The notes under the pieces were generated by a model, which was not told the origin of the DNA, did not search any database, and saw nothing but the letters and a program-made list of their open reading frames with translations. Below are positions 1-11,164 of a stretch of DNA of 64,000 nucleotides, piece by piece. Position 1 is the stretch's first letter, and each line of letters opens with the position of its first letter. Source of the stretch: an uncultured delta proteobacterium (lineage in GTDB: Bacteria; Desulfobacterota; Binatia; UBA9968); contig CAVUZH010000020.1 of assembly GCA_963745835.1 (NCBI GenBank), positions 137,040 to 201,039 on the forward strand, read 5' to 3'. The position numbers and the translations under genes are program-made.

Positions 1-2309
<2,309 letters not shown>

Positions 2310-2531
2310 TCAACTGAAATATTGCCTGGAAAGTTCTGAGGTTAGACCCAAATTGAGACTGTAGACATAGTACCTCAAACGCGCCCGAAAGTAAAGTCAA
2401 AAGTGTCCTCTAAACTAGTGATTTATTTGGAGAATATATTAATCTGCAGTCCCTCTACTGAAACCGCGCCGGAAGATGTGGAATTGCGCTGCCGTTGACA
2501 GCCCCGCGTCTCTAAGAGAAAAGGAAACCGC

Positions 2532-3239
2532 ATGAAGAGCATTGTCGCTGCGTTCAAATTTCTTACGTTTTTAGGCCGGTTTATACGCTTCCCGCCGAGC
2601 GCTCCGATGGTGGGTCAAGCGGCGGCGCTTTTCCCTATCGTTGGTTTAGTGCTCGGCTTGAGTTTAGCGCTGCTCGCGCGCGCACTTCAAAACTATGTGG
2701 ATGTCGAAATTCTCAGCACGACGTTAGTGGCTTTTCTGGTACTAGCCACCGGCGCTCTTCACCTAGAAGGCTTGAAGAAAACCTTCGATGCGCCAGGGGT
2801 AAGGCCAAGCGCAGGGAGCGAGTCATCGAGCAGCGCTGTTGGGATTGTTGCGATCCTTGTCGTGATCCTTTTCAAAATTAAGGCCATCGATATTCTAGAA
2901 GAAAAGCTCACACTCGCATTACTCCTCACGCCTGTAATGGCGCGTTGGGCGATGGTCGTTTTCATCTACGGCTCATACCGCCACAGCGAAGGGGAGGCCA
3001 GTATTATCGCGGCAAACGTCAGATTCTGGCACGTTGCGTTTGTAACGATTGCGACACTCGCGCCGGCAAGTTACTTACTCGGCCGCAACGCCCTTTGGAT
3101 CGGGCTTTCTCTTTCGATTCTGAGCCTGCTTTGTCGAGCTCTGTTCCACAAGCAAACCGGCGCGCTGACCCGTGACAACTACGGCGCCGTGGTCGAAGGG
3201 AGCGAAGCCTTGAGCCTGGTTCTGATGGCATCCCTCTGA
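2532..3239 (+). CDS. CobS-like (cobalamin 5'-phosphate synthase family) membrane protein, degenerate paralog
   Basis: N-terminal AFKFLT, FPIVGLVLG, TGALHLEG and C-terminal G-LTRD-YGA-VE mirror the cobS at 13841. The conserved acidic motifs are eroded. Confidence 0.8.
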   Translation: MKSIVAAFKFLTFLGRFIRFPPSAPMVGQAAALFPIVGLVLGLSLALLARALQNYVDVEILSTTLVAFLVLATGALHLEGLKKTFDAPGVRPSAGSESSSSAVGIVAILVVILFKIKAIDILEEKLTLALLLTPVMARWAMVVFIYGSYRHSEGEASIIAANVRFWHVAFVTIATLAPASYLLGRNALWIGLSLSILSLLCRALFHKQTGALTRDNYGAVVEGSEALSLVLMASL

Positions 3240-3247
3240 GTTTCAGA

Positions 3248-4132
3248 ATGTCCGACATGGAACTCTTCACTCCGCTTTACCCGGTTGTTCCAGTATTTGT
3301 GCTAATCACCATTGGCTTTTGCTTCGCCCATTGGAAGAAAATCACTCTGCTTCCGATCACGGAGCTGATTGTTTACTTGGGGACGCCTTCTCTGGTGTTT
3401 ACCTCTTTGGCTAGTAAACCGATCTTGATAAACGATATCCTTGTCTTAGCAGGCGGCGTTCTTTTAATCTTTATCGGTGTAGGATTTCTGATCCGGCTCT
3501 ACTTCTCTTTGTTTCGATTCAGCTCCCGCGGTTTTGCTTTACCCGTGTTGTTCATGAACGCGGGCAATATGGGCATTCCACTGGCACTGTTCGCCTTCGG
3601 CGAGCCCGGCATGCAACGTGCCACGTTGATGTTTGTGATCATTACGTTTCTGCAATACTCGCTGGGCATTTACCTGTTGAGCGGGCGCGGCAACTGGAGC
3701 GAGATTTTTCGTTTGCCGTTGATCTACGCAACCATTGCCGGTTTAGGCTTGAACCTTAGCCGGATGACGATTCCGGAACTGCTCTTCCAACCAATATCGA
3801 TGCTCGGTCAAGCAACCATTCCAATAATGCTTGTCAGCCTGGGATACCGCCTGCATGAATTTCAGTCGTTTAAATGGCGCCACGCCTTTGGCGGCGCTCT
3901 TGTTCGGATATTCGGTGGGTTTATGACGGCGGCTATCGTGGTTCAATTGATCGCTGCCGAAGGCGTCAATCGCCAGGTATTGCTGCTTTACGGCGCTCTC
4001 CCGGCAGCAGTGATCAATTTCGTGCTCACCGAAAAGTATGGCAAGGATCCGGAGCTCGCTGCCTCCATAGTCGTTTTGAGCACTTTCATTTCAGTGGTCA
4101 CGATCCCGATTGTATTTTGGTTGATCCTTTGA
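3248..4132 (+). CDS. AEC (auxin efflux carrier/membrane transport) family transporter
   Basis: About 10 hydrophobic segments; motifs FMNAGNMGIPLALFAFG, LGQATIPIML, LPAAV...EKYG.DPELAASIV.LST. Confidence 0.88.
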   Translation: MSDMELFTPLYPVVPVFVLITIGFCFAHWKKITLLPITELIVYLGTPSLVFTSLASKPILINDILVLAGGVLLIFIGVGFLIRLYFSLFRFSSRGFALPVLFMNAGNMGIPLALFAFGEPGMQRATLMFVIITFLQYSLGIYLLSGRGNWSEIFRLPLIYATIAGLGLNLSRMTIPELLFQPISMLGQATIPIMLVSLGYRLHEFQSFKWRHAFGGALVRIFGGFMTAAIVVQLIAAEGVNRQVLLLYGALPAAVINFVLTEKYGKDPELAASIVVLSTFISVVTIPIVFWLIL

Positions 4133-4184
4133 CCATTCCTATGCGCCCGGCTCATCACTCCAGCCATTCAATGATCAACTATTG

Positions 4185-4213
4185 TTGACAATTTCCAGCT
4201 CACCAGGTAGTTT
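4185..4213 (+). promoter_or_regulatory. Putative sigma70 promoter for the B12 operon
   Basis: TTGACA-N17-TAGTTT directly upstream of the first cobalamin riboswitch. Confidence 0.55.
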
Positions 4214-4221
4214 CCGCGACA

Positions 4222-4396
4222 TCAGTCCGGTGCTCTAAGGTCAAAGGGAAGGCCGGTGCGAATCCGGCGCGGTCCCGCCACTGTAATCGGGTAAGGTCTT
4301 TCGCTCAAGCCACTGTCCTGTGCGTTATCGCAGGATGGGAAGGCGTGAAAGGCAGGAGGAAAGCCTCTCCATACTCGTAAGCCAGGAGACCTCCTT
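4222..4396 (+). ncRNA. Cobalamin riboswitch 1
   Basis: AAAGGGAA-GCCGGTGCGAATCCGGC-GCGGTCCCGCCACTGTAA...GCCACTG...GGGAAGGC...AAGCCAGGAGACC (B12 box), upstream of tonB. Confidence 0.95.
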
Positions 4397-4474
4397 CGAG
4401 CCATAAACCGGCCTCTCCGGAAGAGAGAGAAAGGTTTTCATGTATTTTCCCGAATCCCTCAATGCCGCTGAGCA

Positions 4475-5272
4475 GTGATGATCAGATCGGCCTCATTTTT
4501 TATTCTGTCTCTCGCTTTACACGCCACCGCATTGGTTTATCCCGTTTCTTTTCGTGGTAAAGGCCAGGTCGAGACCATTCAGGTAAAGATTCTGCCGATG
4601 GAGCAAGAAGCCGGCCGCGCTCAGGGCATTAGCGGAAATCAAGCGCCAAGGACCGATCGGAAATCGCGCCGCAACAGACCGTCTGCGGTTGGGCCAAAAG
4701 TCGAATCAAAGGTAAGCGCCGGTCCAGACTCACATGATCGACAGATTGAAGCGCCAACAAAGTTGGGCGACAGCAGCTCTACGTCACTTGCGGCAATCGA
4801 AAACTCTCCAGAGGCTGACGATATTAGGATGTCAGAATCGGCCGGCAATCACTTGCACAGCTACAGCACAGGTGGAATCAGAGATGGCATCGGAATCGGC
4901 AACGGCGGTGAAGCTTCGGCATCCTCCGGCACGGGCTCCGGACGCGGAAATGGTAGCGGATCAGGGTCATCGGGTAATATCAGCACAGTAAGTCAAGCGC
5001 GCTATCACGATACGCCCAAACCGAATTATCCGGAAATCGCCCGCCGAGAGGGCCGGCAGGGCCGCGTGCTACTGCGCGTCCTTGTCGACGAACAAGGCCG
5101 AACCAAGACATTGGAGGTAACCAGCAGTTCCGGCAACGAAGCGTTGGACCGCGCCGCCGCCGAGGCAGTCAGACGATGGCATTTTCATCCGGCGCGCTAC
5201 GACGATAAGGCCGTCGAGAGCTGGCTGCGGATTCCCATCGAGTTTCGGCTCGCGGATGCGAAATCTTGGTAA
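4475..5272 (+). CDS. tonB: Energy transducer TonB
   Basis: N-terminal anchor SLALH, low-complexity Gly/Ser linker, and C-terminal P.YPEIARREGRQGRVLLRVLVD..G...SSG...LD.AA.EAVRRW.F.PA. Confidence 0.92.
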   Translation: MMIRSASFFILSLALHATALVYPVSFRGKGQVETIQVKILPMEQEAGRAQGISGNQAPRTDRKSRRNRPSAVGPKVESKVSAGPDSHDRQIEAPTKLGDSSSTSLAAIENSPEADDIRMSESAGNHLHSYSTGGIRDGIGIGNGGEASASSGTGSGRGNGSGSGSSGNISTVSQARYHDTPKPNYPEIARREGRQGRVLLRVLVDEQGRTKTLEVTSSSGNEALDRAAAEAVRRWHFHPARYDDKAVESWLRIPIEFRLADAKSW

Positions 5273-5279
5273 CTGTTTT

Positions 5280-5512
5280 TAGGAGGTTCATAGACAAGTT
5301 TAGTAACCGCAGACGGATGTAAGGGAAAGAGGTGACCTGAAGAATGAAGGGCGAAAGATTTCCGCTTTCAGCTTTCATACTTCATCTTCTTAGGAAGTCC
5401 TCTGCTGCCCCGCAACTGTAAGGGCCACGAAAGCCGCACGCACTAGCCACTGTCCTTAAAGGATGGGAAGGCGCGGTGATTAGGGTAAAGCCCGAGCCAG
5501 GAGACCTATCCG
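5280..5512 (+). ncRNA. Cobalamin riboswitch 2 (with a 59-nt insertion in the P4 loop)
   Basis: AAGGGAA-AGAGGTGA[insert]AAGTCCTCT-GCTGCCCCGCAACTGTAA...GCCACTG...GGGAAGGC...GAGCCAGGAGACC, upstream of btuB. Confidence 0.9.
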
Positions 5513-5552
5513 ACTGTCTGACATTCCCCTTTCGCGGGAGAAGGAGGGTTCC

Positions 5553-7469
5553 ATGAAAGTCTGTTTACTTTTCTTGTTTCTCGTTTTGTTTTGCTTCTCT
5601 ACATTGCCTGCCGCCGAACCGCCTGAGCCAGTCTTACCTCCAGTGTTTGTAACTTCAACGCGCACGGAAATTCCGTTGGAGCAAGTCACAACATCGGCGT
5701 CTGTAATCACCGCCAAGGATATTCAGGCTCAACAGGCAGAGACGGTCTTAGAGATACTGCGCAGTGTCCCTGGCTTAGACGTGGTGCAGACAGGTTCGCG
5801 GGGCACCACTGCCAGCGTCTTCATTCGCGGATCCGAGTCCGATCATGTTTTGGTTCTGATCGATGGTGTCGAGGTTAACAGCACGACTCTCGGCGCTTTC
5901 AACTTTGCTCACCTGACGACGGAAAATGTCGAAAGGATAGAAATTCTTCGAGGCGCCGGTGGAACGCTCTATGGCTCGCAAGCCATCGGTGGAGTCATCA
6001 ACATCATCACAAAAAGAGGAAGTGGACCGGTCGAAGCGGGCATCTCGCTTGAAGGTGGTAACGGATGGACAAACCGCCAAGTTCTGACCCTGCAAGGTGA
6101 GGCCGGAAAACTTGGTTACTCCTTCAGCGCTGCGCACATCGATAGTGATGGTTTTCGCAAGGTCAATGACGACTATCGAAACCTGTCCACCTCGGCCCGT
6201 CTTGATTATAGATTGACTGAGGATATGGGTCTCAAAGGAATCTTCCGCTTTGCCAAGACCGACGTCGGGTTGTTCAACAATAACAACTTCGCCTCGCAGC
6301 CGGATCCAAACGCTCGCGAGGCCACTACGCAATACCTCGGCAAGTTGGAATGGGAGCAGAACATTTTTAAGAACTGGGATTATCGAATCTCCGGATCGCT
6401 GTTCAAAGAAAACATAAAAGACACCGACGACATCGACGACTGCACTTTCCTTGAATTTCCTTGCGATCCCCAACGAACCGTCGATCGCTTCCGTCCACGG
6501 ACCGATAGCGGAGAATTTCAGACGAATTATCGCTTCGACGATTGGAGCACGACGACTTTCGGCGTGGAATATAAACGCAGGTCCGCAGATACCAGCGACG
6601 GCATAGACGAAGGGATCAGAAATATGGGGTACTACTTGCAGGAACAACTGCAATTTCTCGACAAGCGCCTGATCATGATTCCCGGCATCCGGCTGGACGA
6701 CAATGAGAGCTTCGGCACCGAGTGGACGCCATCTGTTTCGGCGGCGTACCTTTTTCGCGAGATCGGCACCAAATTAAAGGCTGGCTACGCCAAAGGGTTT
6801 AAGGCGCCGACTTTGAACGAGTTGTTCTTCCCTCCGGCTTTCGGCTGCCCGGCATTCGGCAATCCAAATCTCGATCCGGAAAAAAGCTGGGAATTGAACG
6901 CGGGAGTCGAGCAAGACGTTTTGGCTGACCGCATCAAGATGGGAGCAACGTATTTTCACCGTGAAGTAAAGGATTTGATCGAGGGGCGGCCGATTCCCGA
7001 TGATCCCTCCGGTTGTTTCCGTGCCGTCAACGTCGGCAGCGCGCGCTTTGACGGTGTGGAGACGATGTTGCGAATCCAGATCTTTGCGCCTCTTTCCTTG
7101 GACACCCAATATACGTTTCTAAACTGGAACACCGCCGGTGGCATACTGCCGCGCCGGCCGAAACATCGCGGCAGCGTCAGCTTGAACTATTTGCAGGATG
7201 GTTTGAACGTGAATATTGCGGCCAAGATCGTCGGGCGGCGCGACGACTTCCGCGCTGCGTCTCCCTTCGGCAACACGACATCGCCGGGTTATGCGCGCGT
7301 AGACCTCGCCTCTTCTTATGCGCTCCCCTGGCGCACGGCTTGGGTCAAGCAAACCAGCGTGTTTGGCAAAATTGAGAATCTGTTTAACAAGAAATACGAA
7401 GAAGTGGATGGGTTTCGCGTCCGCCCGTTTAATTTCTTACTTGGCATGCGTGCGACTTTCGGCAGTTAA
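5553..7469 (+). CDS. btuB: TonB-dependent cobalamin receptor
   Basis: Signal peptide, TonB box VFVTSTR, plug IRGSESDHVLVLIDG and IEILRG.GGTLYGSQAIGGVINIITK, C-terminal NLFNKKY...ATF; B12 riboswitch context. Confidence 0.92.
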   Translation: MKVCLLFLFLVLFCFSTLPAAEPPEPVLPPVFVTSTRTEIPLEQVTTSASVITAKDIQAQQAETVLEILRSVPGLDVVQTGSRGTTASVFIRGSESDHVLVLIDGVEVNSTTLGAFNFAHLTTENVERIEILRGAGGTLYGSQAIGGVINIITKRGSGPVEAGISLEGGNGWTNRQVLTLQGEAGKLGYSFSAAHIDSDGFRKVNDDYRNLSTSARLDYRLTEDMGLKGIFRFAKTDVGLFNNNNFASQPDPNAREATTQYLGKLEWEQNIFKNWDYRISGSLFKENIKDTDDIDDCTFLEFPCDPQRTVDRFRPRTDSGEFQTNYRFDDWSTTTFGVEYKRRSADTSDGIDEGIRNMGYYLQEQLQFLDKRLIMIPGIRLDDNESFGTEWTPSVSAAYLFREIGTKLKAGYAKGFKAPTLNELFFPPAFGCPAFGNPNLDPEKSWELNAGVEQDVLADRIKMGATYFHREVKDLIEGRPIPDDPSGCFRAVNVGSARFDGVETMLRIQIFAPLSLDTQYTFLNWNTAGGILPRRPKHRGSVSLNYLQDGLNVNIAAKIVGRRDDFRAASPFGNTTSPGYARVDLASSYALPWRTAWVKQTSVFGKIENLFNKKYEEVDGFRVRPFNFLLGMRATFGS

Positions 7470-7543
7470 ATCCGTGAAGCTGATTCAACGGAAAGCCGGT
7501 CGGACCCGTTACGTGGCAAGATCAATATCTGAATCTTAGCCGA

Positions 7544-7846
7544 ATGATCGCCGTTACCGTGACCATCGATTTTGGTTCGGCGCCGCGTCAACCGTTGGAA
7601 GCGACGGTTACCTTGACTCACCGCAGCACGGTATTGGATGCGTTACAGATGGCAGCTCCAGTGGTCACTTCGTACAAGTTTGGCATGGATCATTTCGTCG
7701 AGGAGATCGATGGAATTAAAAATGACTTTGCTCGCGATCTCGGCTGGCATTTCGAGGTCAACGGCTATCGTTCCAATATTCCTGCGGAGCGATACCTGAT
7801 CAAAGACCGCGACTGGATCAAGTGGATCTACCTATCGGAAGTTTGA
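7544..7846 (+). CDS. DUF4430 / transcobalamin C-terminal-like beta-grasp protein
   Basis: TVLDAL...FVEEIDGIKN....GWHFEVNG......AERYLIKDRDWIKWIY pattern; lies inside the B12 operon. Confidence 0.75.
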   Translation: MIAVTVTIDFGSAPRQPLEATVTLTHRSTVLDALQMAAPVVTSYKFGMDHFVEEIDGIKNDFARDLGWHFEVNGYRSNIPAERYLIKDRDWIKWIYLSEV

Positions 7847-7862
7847 CGCTGGGGAAGCACGC

Positions 7863-9440
7863 GTGAGAAAAAATGCTTTGATGATGCTTGGAACCTCCTC
7901 GCATGTGGGAAAATCGATTCTCACGGCTGGCTTAGGTCGGGTCTTCGCGTATGACGGTTACCGCGTGGCGCCCTTTAAGGCCCAGAATATGTCGCTCAAT
8001 TCTGCAGCAACGCCGGACGGCGGTGAGATCGGCAGGGCCCAAGCGCTACAAGCCGAAGCCTGCCGGGCCATAGCATGCGTGGAGATGAACCCCGTTTTGC
8101 TCAAGCCGTCGACCGATACCGGCGCGCAGGTAATCTTCATGGGCAAGATCTGGGGACAAGTCAGCGCATCGGATTACCACACGCGACGCGTCGAGCAGCT
8201 CTTTCCCGAGGTGCTCGACGCGTATAAGCGTTTATCCGCAAGTTACGATCTCATGCTGCTCGAAGGAGCCGGCTCGCCCGCGGAAATAAATCTGCAAGAA
8301 CATGACATCGTCAATATGCGCATGGCGCATGCGGCTGATGCGGCATGTTTGCTGATCGGGGACATCGATCGCGGTGGCGTATTCGCTGCGATATTGGGCA
8401 CACTGGAATTGCTCGCGCCTGAAGATCGCGCCCGCATCGGCGGATTCATCATCAACAAATTTCGCGGCGATGAGTCGCTTTTACGTCCGGGCGTGACAGC
8501 GATAGAAGAACGCCTGGGACTGCCATGCGTGGGCGTGGTGCCGTATCTTGCCGATCTCGGTCTCGATGAGGAGGACGGCGTTGCCTTGGAAGAGCGTCCT
8601 TCAGCCGCGCGCCGCTGGACGTCTCTCGAGTCGGCATCAGCACGACCGCTGCGCATCGGCGTCATCGCACTGCCGCACATGGCGAATTTCACGGACTTCG
8701 ATCCTCTGGCGCTTGAGCCTTCTGTCTCGCTTGCCTTTCTCGAACATGCCGATGAAGCAAAAGCAGCCGACTTGCTGATATTGCCCGGTAGCAAACAAAC
8801 TATTGACGATCTTCAGTGGCTCGAGCGGCGCGGGTTCGCTCACGCAATTCGACAGCTGCATGAAAGCGCCGTGCCCATTATCGGAATATGCGGCGGCTTT
8901 CAGATGCTCGGTAGTTCTATCGAGGATCCGCAAGGCGTGGAGAGTCATGGGAATTCGGTTTATCAAAAGGGACTCGACCTTCTGCCGGTGCGAACCGTCC
9001 TCCGGGCGGAAAAAACCGTCCGGCGTGTTCGAGGCTGTCTTCGGTTCGATCTTTTCGGCCATCGGCTCTCTTACCAACCCCGCTTCGAAGGCTACGAGAT
9101 CCACGTTGGAGAGACGCTTTATGAGGGCGGAGCGCAGCCTCTCGCCGAGATCACGTGCGAAGGGCTCTTCGCGGCGATCGACGACGGCGCCGTGGATGCG
9201 TCTGGCCGCGTTATAGGCACTTACGTACACGGCTTTTTCGACAATGACGATTTTCGCCATTCCCTGATTCAGGCCGCACGCGCTGCACTCGGTCTCAATC
9301 CGGCGCTGACATGGGTTTATGCCGCTGCTCAGCGCGAAGCACGAATCGAACGTTTGGCCAATCAACTAAGGGAATCCCTAAACATAAATCTGATCAAAAG
9401 CTGGCTTGTCACTCCTTGCAAGCCGAAGGCGTCGCTATGA
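7863..9440 (+). CDS. cobQ: Cobyric acid synthase
   Basis: GTSSHVGKS, PFKAQNMSLNS, EIGRAQALQA, EGAGSPAEINL, NFTDFD, GICGGFQMLG, GYEIH, GTYVHG. Confidence 0.96.
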   Translation: MRKNALMMLGTSSHVGKSILTAGLGRVFAYDGYRVAPFKAQNMSLNSAATPDGGEIGRAQALQAEACRAIACVEMNPVLLKPSTDTGAQVIFMGKIWGQVSASDYHTRRVEQLFPEVLDAYKRLSASYDLMLLEGAGSPAEINLQEHDIVNMRMAHAADAACLLIGDIDRGGVFAAILGTLELLAPEDRARIGGFIINKFRGDESLLRPGVTAIEERLGLPCVGVVPYLADLGLDEEDGVALEERPSAARRWTSLESASARPLRIGVIALPHMANFTDFDPLALEPSVSLAFLEHADEAKAADLLILPGSKQTIDDLQWLERRGFAHAIRQLHESAVPIIGICGGFQMLGSSIEDPQGVESHGNSVYQKGLDLLPVRTVLRAEKTVRRVRGCLRFDLFGHRLSYQPRFEGYEIHVGETLYEGGAQPLAEITCEGLFAAIDDGAVDASGRVIGTYVHGFFDNDDFRHSLIQAARAALGLNPALTWVYAAAQREARIERLANQLRESLNINLIKSWLVTPCKPKASL

Positions 9441-10153
9441 ACCGAGGCTTTATGGTTCGGGTGGAACAAGACGTCTTCATAGTTAGTTTTCTAACACCCG
9501 TGCGGGTATTAAGTTGGGCAGTTCTCAACGGCGGGTTTTGTTACGCCGATCACATTATCAATCACCGAGTGCGCGGCAGCGATGGAGCTTTCTGCACCCA
9601 ACCACGCTCATGGCTGCGGCGCGCTGCTGTAGATCTGGGACTTCACGGCAAGATCGTGGCGATGGCGACTGCAGTAGAGATGGAGAACCTAAGCCAAGCT
9701 TCAATGTCCGGCGGCGGCGCCGAGGTGACATGTTTTGCGACTGTGGGTTGCGGCAATGGACTGTCCGCAGGCGATCGGGCTTCGGTGGCGATGGAAGATC
9801 CGGCCCAAGCGTCTCTTCACACCATCAATATGATATTGACGGTTCAACCGGGTCTGTCGGACGAAGCGATGGTCGAGGCTATTCAGGTCGCCACCGAGGG
9901 CCGCGTGCGCGCGCTCTACGAAGCCGGAATTCAGAGCTCGGCATCGAATCTCCTCGCCACTGGCACCGGCACTGACTGCATTGTCATTATTTCTCTCAAT
10001 GCGGCGCGCAAAATCTATTGCGGCAAGCACACGAAGCTCGGCGAGCTCATCGGCCTGGCAGCATACTCCGCGGTGAAAAGGGGATTGACGCGAGGGGCTA
10101 CCTGCAAAGGGTCAGCGCTGAAAACGAATGGCAAGCCTAAAATCGGAGAATGA
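9437..10153 (+). CDS. cbiZ: Adenosylcobinamide amidohydrolase
   Basis: LSWAVLNGG, MATAV, HTIN, ATGTGTD, YCGKHTKLGELIG. Start moved to ATG 9437, which overlaps the cobQ stop (ATGA). Confidence 0.88.
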   Translation: MNRGFMVRVEQDVFIVSFLTPVRVLSWAVLNGGFCYADHIINHRVRGSDGAFCTQPRSWLRRAAVDLGLHGKIVAMATAVEMENLSQASMSGGGAEVTCFATVGCGNGLSAGDRASVAMEDPAQASLHTINMILTVQPGLSDEAMVEAIQVATEGRVRALYEAGIQSSASNLLATGTGTDCIVIISLNAARKIYCGKHTKLGELIGLAAYSAVKRGLTRGATCKGSALKTNGKPKIGE

Positions 10154-10192
10154 GCAGTGTAGGCACATGGATCATAGGGTCAGAATAAAGCA

Positions 10193-11164
10193 TTGATGGA
10201 CTGGCAACCTGTCTTAAGCTCCACGGCGGCGATGATCATCGGCGCCTTCCTTTTGGATCTCGCTACCGGCGATCCGCACTGGCTGCCCCATCCGGTGGTC
10301 CTGATGGGCAAGCTTATTGCCCACGCGGAATCGGCGGTGCGCACGGGAACAGCGCGGCATGATTTTCTCGCCGGTATGGCTCTCTCACTCTCAGTGATCG
10401 CCCTCTCCTTCCTCGGAGCTTGGTCTCTGGTCGTTCTTTTTCGCATGCTGCCTTTCTGGTTTTATTTTATTTTTATCGCCGCACTCGCCTCGACCACCTT
10501 GGCAACGCGCGGGCTGCTCGACGCTGCTAAACGAATTGAAGCCTCTCTCGTCGCTGGCAATGTTGCCACGGCCCGGCGTAAACTTTCTCACATCGTCGGC
10601 AGGGAAACGTCCAATCTGAATCAGGACAGGGTGATGCGTGCTACTCTGGAATCTTTGGCTGAGAGCACCTGCGATGGCATCATAGCGCCGCTCTTTTATC
10701 TTTTTCTCGGCGGCGTTCCGCTGGCGATGGCCTACAAAGCGGTCAGCACCCTTGATTCGATGATCGGCTATCGGACAGAGCGCTATTTCTACTTCGGTAA
10801 ATTTGCCGCGCGGCTGGACGACGCCGTCAATTTCGTCCCCGCCCGTCTAACCGCTTTCTTCATGATCGTCGCGGCGCCGGCGGCGCGTCTCAATGCAGTA
10901 CGAGCCCTGCATGCGGTATGGCGCGATCATGCCAACCATTTAAGCCCCAACGCGGGCTATCCCGAGGCGGCCCTGGCAGGGGCATTCGGCATCCGGCTCG
11001 GGGGTCCGAGTATTTATTTCGGCAAGGAAGTCCACAAGCCCTATATCGGCGATGACTTAACACCGGTTCGAATCAAAATGCTAAGGGAGGGACGTATCTT
11101 ATGCCTGCTCACGGCGATTCTCTCGCTCGCGAGTTTCGCGCTACTGTCAACGATGCGCGAATAA
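10193..11164 (+). CDS. cbiB: Adenosylcobinamide-phosphate synthase
   Basis: GDPHWLPHPV, IVGRET, ESLAESTCDGIIAPLFY, YKAVSTLDSMIGY, ARLDD..NFVPARL, SPNAGYPEAA.AGA. Confidence 0.95.
   Translation: MMDWQPVLSSTAAMIIGAFLLDLATGDPHWLPHPVVLMGKLIAHAESAVRTGTARHDFLAGMALSLSVIALSFLGAWSLVVLFRMLPFWFYFIFIAALASTTLATRGLLDAAKRIEASLVAGNVATARRKLSHIVGRETSNLNQDRVMRATLESLAESTCDGIIAPLFYLFLGGVPLAMAYKAVSTLDSMIGYRTERYFYFGKFAARLDDAVNFVPARLTAFFMIVAAPAARLNAVRALHAVWRDHANHLSPNAGYPEAALAGAFGIRLGGPSIYFGKEVHKPYIGDDLTPVRIKMLREGRILCLLTAILSLASFALLSTMRE

Noticed and set aside
5775-6653. 292-aa minus-strand ORF and similar long overlapping ORFs (8637-9365, 13256-13927, 26041-26820, 31518-32186)
   Set aside because: Each is antisense to a well-supported gene and has no motifs of its own.
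9311-9436. N-terminal extensions on the ORF-track versions of cbiZ, btuF, btuC, btuD, thiE and the alpha/beta hydrolase
   Set aside because: They overlap upstream genes; internal starts at or near the upstream stop fit better.
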